This document shows, one piece after another, positions 54,813 to 64,000 of a DNA stretch of 64,000 nt. Every line of letters begins with the position of its first letter. Position 1 is the first letter of the stretch. The notes beneath the pieces are model-generated. The model saw nothing but the letters and a program-made list of their open reading frames with translations, was not told where the DNA came from and made no database searches. The translations under genes were made by a program, and so were the position numbers. This DNA is from Convolutriloba macropyga (lineage: Eukaryota): assembly GCF_964194025.1 (NCBI RefSeq), contig NC_134473.1, positions 72,726,001-72,790,000 of the forward strand, given 5' to 3'.

Positions 54813-55058
54813 TGTGTTAATCTGTTTGAGTAGCCTAGCAATTGGGTTACAATTACAGTCAAAATTTGGTGGATTGGTTTTGTTACGCGATGTTAAATGT
54901 GATGCTCGAAATTACCACTTATTGAATTTATAGTGGGAAGCTAACGCAATTCCACTTGTAGTACTGATCTGCAAAACGCGGTGGGTTTCAACTCAATCTA
55001 CTAATGAGCTCAAAAGAAGAGCACGAGAACGAACAATTGAATTTGACTGAGTTAGTCA
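54813..55058 (-). repeat. 5' LTR (246 bp, TG...CA) of the Gypsy-type element
   Basis: TGACTAACTCAGTCA...TTAACACA followed by the PBS and gag. Confidence 0.75.
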
Positions 55059-55568
55059 AAAGAGTGAACAATTAATCAAATATGGGCGGCATGAACAGAC
55101 TGACTTCCTTAATAGACCTAGGTAAAAAAATATCATGAGACCAATATACAAATCATAAATATATCATGCCCAAAGTAGAGAGCTCTGCTTTTCTGAAAGA
55201 GCTCGATTGCCTTCTTTTGAAAGTGAGTTTGAAGGAAGTGCTCCAAAACTTGTCTGGAAGAGGTTTTTGAAGTGTATGCAAATTTAATTTAAAACCAGCA
55301 AAAAGTGATGATCTCGTTTTGTTGTAGTTTTATGCAGTCTCTTAAGCAGGAATGTTTTTGCTGGAAGCCTTTTTTTCAACGTTTCTCTTGGTGCTAAAGT
55401 TGTGTAAAATTTGTGTTGAAAATAAAAAATGGCGAATTTACGCGATCAGTTTGCTCTGTAATTTTAACAAATGTGGTGAATTTATGTAAATATTGTACCG
55501 GAAGCGCTGAAATGAGAAAATTTTAATACTCAGAAGTTTTGAAAGATGTTCTGAGAGGTCATTTTCAT

Positions 55569-55853
55569 TTTGTATTGCTTCAGCACTTCTCAACCCGTTA
55601 ATCATGAACAATTAAGTTTCTTTCTCTAAAAATTGTTTTATTTTCTTAGTTTTCTAATAAATCTTAAATTGTTTACATGATCATACAAAACGTCTGTAAT
55701 TTTATTTATCTTTTGTATTGCTTCAGCACTTGTCAACCCCTTGATCATGAACAATTAAGTTTCTTTCTCTAAAAATTGTTTTATTTTCTTAGTTTTCTAA
55801 TAAATCGTAAATTGTTTACATGATCATACAAAACGTCTGTAATTTTATTTATC
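55569..55853. repeat. Near-perfect tandem duplication, ~143 bp x2
   Basis: TTTGTATTGCTTCAGCACTT...TTTTATTTATCT repeated. Confidence 0.9.
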
Positions 55854-56261
55854 TTACCGATTTTCATCAGTCATCTTACAATTTAAAATGAATTTTAGCT
55901 TCTGATAATAATCTATTTCCTTGAACAATTTTAGTATTTTTCGTTGCAAATCTCTGTGAGAAACCTCCGAATCAAGACGAGAATAATTTTTTAATTGTTG
56001 TACATAAAATACTTAAAAATGCAAGTGAAACATTAAGCAAAAATGTTTTTAGATGTAATTATATGCTGCAGTTTAATGTCTAAAAAGGACAAAAAATATG
56101 TTCAGCCAATATTTTTTGGGTGCTAGTGGTTTGGAATAAACTAAGCTACATTTGCTGAAATTCTTTGATTCTGTACTTACACCTTGATTTAAGGTTTTAA
56201 AATTGAATTTTTTTGATACTGCGAAATTGATTTTAATTATAGTGAAGATGAGGTTTTTTGA

Positions 56262-57115
56262 TAGTCCCAGGTTTAGGTGCGCGACCCTAGACTGCTCTGA
56301 TCAGACCATTTGGGTCGCACACTGGTGGCGTGGTGCGACCCAAAATACATTATCTGGGAAACGCTTGAGTCGCACGATGGTGTGGAGAATGGTCGCACTA
56401 CGGTTTGATCAGAGGGCAAAGTCTGGGAATTGGTCTGGACACTGGTTGCACTATGGTCTGATCAGAGGGCAAAGTCGCACCATAGTCTGATCATAGATCG
56501 CACAAAAATGTGGACGATGTTCGCACTACGGACTGATCAGAGGTCAAGGTCGCACTATAGTCTGAACATAGGTCGCACAAAAGTCTGGACAATGGTCGCA
56601 CTACGGTCTGATCAGAGACCGAAGTCTTGACAAAAGTTGTACAAAATCTGACCACAGAGCATTAACCGCCCATAATTAATTGACTGCAGTTTTTATCATT
56701 ATTTTTGATTTCTCAAAAGAAAAGTCTTAGGTACTCCAAAATAATGTCTGTTTATATTTTTATCAATTAGTTTTGTCCAAACCTTAACAGGATATACTAA
56801 ATTGTTAAATTTTAAGTTGTGTAGTATATCGGATTGAATTGAATAAATAAAACAAATAACAACTGCTTATAGCATGTATTGAGGAATGGTCGGATCAGAG
56901 GGAGCGTTGATCGCACTAAAGTCGCCCAAAATTTTTGGTCGCACCAGAGTCGCGCTAAATATTTGGGTCACACGATAGTCTGATCAGAGGGATTTGGTTC
57001 GCACGATGGTCTGATAAGAGTGCTTTGTGTCGCACTATGATCTGATAAGAGGGCAAAGTCTGGGAAATGGTCTGATCAGAGTGGTCTAGGGTCGCGCACC
57101 TAAACCTGGGGTCTA
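56262..57115. mobile_element. Non-autonomous TIR DNA transposon with GTCGCAC/TCTGATCAGA subterminal repeats
   Basis: ~45-bp TIR CCCAGGTTTAGGTGCGCGACCCTAGAC..CTCTGATCAGACCATTT and its reverse complement at ~57065-57110; TSD unclear. Confidence 0.85.
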
Positions 57116-60100
57116 TTGGATTCATGTATACTGCTGATAAGACTTGTTATAGAAGACTTTATAGTTTTGAAACCAAATCATTTAATTTTAAAAGTGGTTT
57201 TAAAAAAGAAAAAAATCTAAAGAAAGAGAATAACGGAAACATTTTGATTACACTTTAATTCCTGGATTTCAAAGAAAAAAAGAAAAATGTGACTGAGAAA
57301 TGAATTCCAAAAGTAGACGAAAAAGTGGCTACAAGTCGATTTGAAAGAAATTTAAACAATTTTGATTATAAAAGACACTATAATTGTAATTTTAGTTCTC
57401 CTGACTAAACTATCTGAGTAAAATTTGATGCATGCTCATAAGTAATGAGGTTATATTATGATTTGGAGGTTGTTAGAAGAAAAAGAAAGACTTTCAGAAT
57501 ACAAACTTGGATAGTAAAAATGTTGTTAGGTTTTTAATGAAATAATGAGTTAATGGAAGAGTGTTGATAAAAAATAGTTTTGGTGCAGACTTTGATCCTG
57601 ATACTCTTCTTTCCTGTTCTGTTTAATCACTATAGTTACTAATGAATAGTTTAGACATATCCAAACAAAAGAATAAGATTTTTAAAATTTTCTCAATTGA
57701 TTTTTTTATTGAATTTATGTGTTTGAAAAATTATAAAGTTCAGCTGGTAATTATTAAGTTAGGCGGACATTGTTCCTTTCAGAAGCGTTTTTTGCACCAT
57801 TTAGTTTAATGTGGTTACAACACGGTTTCATCAATTAAACTACATATCTTGGATAAAGTTACTGAAATCAATAAGGATAGATTGATTTCACCATCTGATA
57901 AATGTTAATTACCAGCTTAACTCTGATTTTTATTTTCATTTGCTCTAAATAAGACAAGAGGTTGTAGTTTTGAAATATTGATAAACAAAATTATGTGTAA
58001 ATTTATCAGTCTTTTTATGTTTGTAATAATGGATGAACTGTGTCTATTCAACCACTTTTCGTTTTGAAAAATGATTGAATAGCACCTTATGTCCACCAGT
58101 CATGTTGATCTCCAGTGATGATGCAGATAGGTAGTTTTTGTTCCTCATGGGTGGTTGCCTTCACTGAAAATAAATGCAGGGAATGCGCTGAGGCGGCTTC
58201 AGAGAAATAAAGGTTTTAATGTCGCTAAATCTTGACAATTAATTGTTTAGTGTACTGACCTCTCTAGGCTTTTTTTTTTAATTTAGCAGTTCTCAGCATA
58301 TTTTGGGGATAAAATTGTAAGATTTTTAAATTGAAAAACAAACTTTTTTCACTAAATATTAGTGTATTTTTTACACATTCACCCCACTCTCAGCAATTAT
58401 CAGACTTATTTTCCTCTTTTTGCTGAGGGTATTTACGTATGCATTTTTCTTACATGATTTTCATCAATTTAGCTCAATTTTTGTCCCCAGTTTCTATAAG
58501 AAGAGCCTCCTTTTTTGATCTGCGCAAAAATTCTATGGGTTGAATCCAATTTTGGTTGTTTTCTGAAAAAAGCCTTTTTAGCAAAGACTTTTTGGCACAA
58601 TTTTTAGAAAAATTCAACAATTTTTTTTTGCTTTTTGATCAAATATGTAAACATTTTCAACAATATCAGTTTTCGTTTTGCACTTTTTCTGTGCTTTTCA
58701 AACACAAAAATAACACAGCACTTCACTCACATAATATCCCCACTTTCATGACATTGCTATTTGTTTTAAATTCATGGTACGCTAATCAAACTTTTTCAAA
58801 ACAAAACCTACAAATGCTTAGCACTTTACTTTCATAATTCTTCGGAGATCACTACTGATCCTATACAATTCGATAACATTCATTGCACAAACTAGGCAGT
58901 TTTCACTTTGTTACAATATTTAAACATTTTCACCAGCTATCCTCCATTCTCAACAGTTTTTTAGTTATTCAGTTTAAATTCCAGCACTAATCTTGAAATT
59001 GTTCTGAATTATCCCGACAAAATATAAGCAATTGGCCCTAAAACCAAAATTAAAAAAAAAAATTTACAATCAGAATTTAATCGTTTGTTTTATGCATTCC
59101 TAAAATTTTCCTTAACATTCTCAGCGTTTGTTTGAGTTTTTTTGTATAGAATTTCATCTTGAGCTAAATTTAAAAGTCAAATGTCGATCCATTGGGTGAG
59201 AAATGAGCTGATGGCGTTGATACTCACTCTTTTTAAATTCTTTTTAAATTTTTTAAAAGGGTTTTTTGAAATTGTGTGAACCAGAATTTTTTAAAACTCA
59301 TGCGATACTTTTTAAGAAATCAAAAAATATGTGCGAAATTTGAAATGTTGATTTTTTGTACAAAATTGAATGAATCTATGCAAAAAAGTGGTTTGCGGTT
59401 TTCTGAAATTCTGAAGTGCCGGGATTAAAGAAGTAGTCTACTAAAAGTGTTAAGTTTATATAGGGACTGTGTTGCGCGAAGTGCCGAATTTAAGTAAAAT
59501 ATATGTTGAAATTGTTAAATAGCAAAGTTAAATGTACTGTTAAATGTAATCAATTTGCTGAGTTTTTGTACGAAGTGAGCTGAAATTGTGTAAAGAATGC
59601 GCTGGAAGCGCTGATATGAGGAAATTTAGAAGTTATCAAAATTTATAAGAAGTGCTAAGGGATGTGCCGAATGTTCAACTTTCTTTTGCGTTATTTCTGC
59701 ACTTGCCAACCCATTAATCATAATTAAATAAGATTATTTCGCTAAAAACTATTTTATTTCGATGTTAACTAGCGCAGTTCGTAAACTTTTTTCCACATTT
59801 TTGATGCTGATCATCATCATGAATAGTTTCATATTTTTCCTAACATATTTTAAGCTTTTACTATACACCAATGTAGCATGTGCTGAGTGTTGAAATGACG
59901 TAAAGAATGGGCTGAAGGAGATTAATTCTTCTTTTTGAAGTGCTAAAATGTTACGGCAAATCTGCTTAAAAAATATATTGAAAAAACATTTGAATTTAAC
60001 GCACAAAAGCAGTGAAATGCACTGAAAGTGATTAATTTTGTAGTGCCGTTTTTTGTAGACGTAAAACATAGGGTGCAAAATAGAAATGTTGACTTTTTGT

Positions 60101-62169
60101 AAGGATTGTGCTGAAAAAATTTAATGAAATCTTCGGGAGGTGAAATATGGAGATAATTTTTAAAGAACATGCTGAATTATTTTGATTCGTATAAGATTCG
60201 TAAAATTTGCGATTCTTAGCGGTGGATTCTTTTCTTTTCACAGCATTCACCGTATTCAGCGCTAAAATGGCAGTTCTTACATCTTTATACCGCAACTCTT
60301 ACATTGTGCAGCAAATTTTAGCGTTGACACCTCGATCCGGGCAACTATTTTGTTGCCAAACAAGAAGCGATAGATAGTTGTATTTTTTTAACTCGCTCGA
60401 TTATTAGGACGTTGATTTAATCAATGAACTCTAGCCACTCAATAAGAAGGAGCAGCTACTCATTTTTTTTATCTCAACCAATGAGAGGGAGGTTAATCAA
60501 AGGTTAATACACACTAGAGAAAATATCTAGAGAATTGAAATTTCCGCAACTGATGGAGGAATATCCGATAAGTTCTAGACAATTTTTAAACCTCGATTGC
60601 ACCAAACTAAGATTCGCTTTGTTTACTATTGAGTGTGTGAAAACATCTGAGCTGCTTTTAATCAATGTGAAAATTATATGTTTCTAAGAACTAATCACGA
60701 GAATATAAAAACAAAAAAAATGAGAAAATTTCAACAAAGTTTTTTTGAAAAAAAATGAAACTGCTCTGTTCGATCACTAAAGTTGGCGCAATTTCATGAC
60801 ATTATACCGTCTAGCTTGAACTTGTTGTTGCCAGAATTAGTTTGCATTATGAATATCAAATAATTGGAAATCAATATCCTAAGCTGTTGCTTTTGGACCC
60901 AAGAGTGTAAAAATCTTTATAGGGCAAATATCTATAACATAAATATCCTGTGAAAGTATTTAACTTATCCAAACTTTTAGTTGAAAAAAATCTTAGCGAT
61001 CTGTGCTTTTTTATCTGGCCAACGTCTGAAAATGAAAATTAAAAAAAATTTTGGGTTTAATTATGTTACCCAATTCCCCAATTTGGAGCATTTAATTAAG
61101 CTAAATCTTTATTGCCAGAAATTTAATAGTATTTACTTCGGATAAATTTCAAAATTTCGATTATTCTTGTGAACAGCGATATGGGTAATTAGAAAACTGC
61201 TAATTGTCTTCTTAATCACAATTCGCATCTCTGAAATTTATCCTCCACTAAGTTCTCTTTAATTTCGGTCTAATTGACACCATATTAGTTAATAAATGCT
61301 GCATGTAAAAAGTGTGTTAATGATCGTCAAAACTAGTATCAAATATATCCAAAAAAAAAAATTCGAACTAAACTGGCATACTGAAACTAATTTCAACACA
61401 CGCTCATAACCCTAATCTTGAATTACGGGTTAACATAGTGAAAGTGTAAAAACGAATGAATTTACTTGAGAAATCCGACATTGGTTTGTAACTTGGAGCG
61501 TATGTTTACAATCATTGGTTGTGATGGCGGGGGAGGGGGTATACGTTATGTGACCACTAAGATGTGTGGGGCTAAAATGTGAAAAACCGGTTTATTTTTA
61601 ACATTTCACCTTCTGTTGCTGTTTTATCAATTCTTGTTACAACACTGTCGCTGTAACAATATTATAACAGAAATGTGATTCCTAGTAATTGTTGTTCAAC
61701 GAGGTAAATCCATTAAGACCTTTGCAAGTTTGTCTGGCACAGTACTACGAACCAAACTATATCAGTATTGATTCATGGCAAATTCCAGTCAGGATTTTCT
61801 CTGATTCATATTGTCTGGTTCCCATCTCACATTAGCAGTTGTTCCGTATCTATATGGACTGAGACTTAATTCTTTAGAGAATCAAGACCAAAACTCGGGT
61901 CGAGATAAAGTTACCCGGGTCGAGACAGGATGGCTAAACACTTACAAGTTTCTTTTGAAGGATAGTTAATTTCTAAGAACTTACAAGTCAGATGGTTATC
62001 TTGTAAGTCAAATTCTTATTTTAAAATAGTCAAATTATAATTACTTAAAGTAGTACAAATAATAATCGAAATATATGAAATCATTGCGGTAATGTTGAAA
62101 CATTCCAATCCAATTTTCAGGTGTCAGACCACTGAAGTAGTCCTTCCAAGATACACTTCTACTTTTTAC

Positions 62170-62595
62170 CATAGATTCGTTCATAACAGTTCAATTTGAC
62201 GCTTAAAAACAAGTTGTTCATATGCGAGTCAAAGACACTCGATTCAAAAAATTGTTTCATTTCTCCCATTCGGTCCATTTTGACAATGGCAGTGTGGTCT
62301 AAGTCACATAGAAAACAACTTTTTTCGCAAGTCCAAAAATGTATATCTTTAGATTTCAGAAGATATCTAACGTACGATTCCAGTAAAGAAATCCCTGATC
62401 TATGCAAGTTGGTGACGTTTCGTCGAAATTTCTGTAACCAAGGAATATGCCCGTTAAGATGAATGAATTTGAATGCCGAAAACAGTAGATTCAGAGGATG
62501 GCGTACGACTATAAGTTGGGTACTATTTGAGGCTTTCTGGAATGCTAACTTTACAAACCGTTCTGAACGGCCATGTAGTCTGAAGAGACTTTCAG
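62170..62595 (-). CDS. Divergent carbohydrate sulfotransferase (Sulfotransfer_2/CHST-like) exon, possibly a pseudogene
   Basis: Open frame after a TTTTTAG acceptor: LIVVRHPLNLLFSAF ... YVRYLL..DIHF....CFLCDLDHTAIVKMD, matching FVRHP..RL.SAY and HW....C..C...Y..IGK.E; candidate GTAAAA donor, or stop at 62159. Confidence 0.5.
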
Positions 62596-63372
62596 CTAAA
62601 AATTAAACACTTTGCCGAGTGTTTTCAAAATTTGTACATTATTGCGTCTCAGACCATCTAATTGTTTAGAAAAAGAAGAACGCGATTTTTTCATATAATA
62701 GGACCTCTGGTACATACTTATTGGGTAGCAGATGAAATGCTGAATGTACACCTTTAGCCAATCAGAGACCGAGAAGACTCTATTTTCTTTTATATAGTGC
62801 TTGCACGCCTGACTTTAGTCAGTCTAATAGATATTTGCAGTATAAGTATAACATTGACTCCGATGTTATTTTATATTATCACCGTAATAATTGAAGCTTG
62901 TGTTCAGTGTTTTATAGAGTCGGTTAGTCTGAGAGAACTAGAAAAGTCTACTTCACGCGTAGAAATTAGTAGCCCTAACTCTTTATACCTTATGGCTGTA
63001 AATATAGCCCAATTAGGGTCTGCCTTAATTGTGTATTCTGTACAAAGTTAACTTAACTCTATTTCCCTCAATACCCGTTTGATCAAACCATGACTTTTAA
63101 CTGCTCACCTTTTGATTTAATTAAAACTTCGACGAACCCACAAACACTAATCAAGAATTTTGCAGCGCTGACAAATCAATTGATAATTTCTTTTAAGATT
63201 GGTGAATCGAAAATTGCTGAGATTTCAAAAATTTGGAAATCGGATGACTCGTACAAAGTACACGTCAGAGCATGACAAAGCGTCTGTACCGACGGTTCAA
63301 AGAAGCTTTTTTGTATGAAGCCTCAAAATTATTGTTATATTGTAATATTTTATAGTTGTATCTAAGAAGCTT

Positions 63373-63979
63373 CCCAGTGAAGTGAAACAGACTAAATCCT
63401 GGAATATCTTGCCCAGATCTTGCATTTGCCATGAAAATATCAAGATTTGTACAGACTTGCAAGATAACCAAGAAACATTAACCATGGCATGGCGCGATAT
63501 GCCAGATATGCAAGACAAGTTTTAAAAAAATATGCAATTAAAGACTTCAGGAGGTTGAAAAAAATTAAGGTAATTCAGGGTACTTTTACCTTAACAAAGT
63601 TAAGGTAAATCTTTACCTTAACTCAAGTTAAGGTAAAATTAAGGCAAACGCTACCTCAACTTTACCTTAACAATATTTTACCTTAACTCCGTCAAGGTAA
63701 ATTTGCTTTAACTTTATTTAGTGTGTTCTAATCTTTTTTTTTCTTTTCTGGGGACGAGATACATTGAGCAGCAATAAAAAATATAAGTGTAATTAAGATT
63801 TGTCAAGATTTTGTCAAGAGCTGTAAAGAAATTTTCTTGGTCTAACCAAGATCTTACCAAGATTTAGCATGAAATGTTGGTATTTCAGGTTCTTGACAAG
63901 ATGTTTCAAGTTTTCCAAGAAGTACAAATATCATGCATGCCTTATCAAGGTGTAACAAGGCAGATTTCGATTCACTGGG
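63373..63979. mobile_element. CMC/EnSpm-like non-autonomous element, with a nested TTTACCTTAA-repeat fragment (~63560-63725)
   Basis: Ends CCCAGTGAA / TTCACTGGG, 2-bp TSD TT, subterminal CAAGA repeats. Confidence 0.6.
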
Positions 63980-64000
63980 TTACAGAAAATTTCCACAAAA

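Larger units (their letters stand above)
50644..55058 (-). mobile_element. Decayed, internally deleted Ty3/Gypsy-type retroelement bounded by inverted LTR copies
   Basis: Minus strand: gag N-terminus (EPIWERPT..LRWERW..KLALLAKEGI) fused to RT (FQKKMNDILIGLRNTHCVLDND, WxGxKFS..GISP); RNase H (DAS..GLG, YELE, VITDHRAL, WLDRLLPFDF); integrase Zn domain (GCVCIDE..AIPKSIQEAVLE) and core (GLVERLIQAIK, HFGRKP). Confidence 0.85.

Noticed and set aside
57400-60300. Coding-like AT-rich region with ORFs at 58556, 59749 and 60032
   Set aside because: No recognisable motifs; partly similar to 55400-55700, so probably a decayed repeat

Overview
AT-rich, intron-containing animal (invertebrate-type) genomic DNA made up mostly of decayed transposable elements. 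Four host-gene segments lie on the minus strand. (1) The first coding exon of an innexin (12326-12556), whose >12 kb intron holds an L2-type LINE fragment split by a full-length but decayed Bel/Pao LTR retrotransposon (489-8030, TSD CCATC) and a 30-bp minisatellite. (2) A complete 4-exon cathepsin L-like protease (34502 to 23372, 334 aa) with an unusual S2 pocket (Asp at papain position 205). (3) A 2-exon pterin-4a-carbinolamine dehydratase (50165 to 40527), whose intron carries a ~900-bp tandem array derived from a tRNA-box-containing repeat family. (4) A divergent Sulfotransfer_2-like exon (62170-62595). The most unusual item is a Ty3/Gypsy-type gag-pol remnant (50644-55058). It has a canonical TG..CA 5' LTR and a tRNA-Ser PBS overlapping the gag ATG, but its other end is an INVERTED copy of that LTR rather than a direct repeat. 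Helentron/HINE-like, Mutator-like and CMC-like non-autonomous elements are also present. All calls are by-eye reading; no database searches were run.
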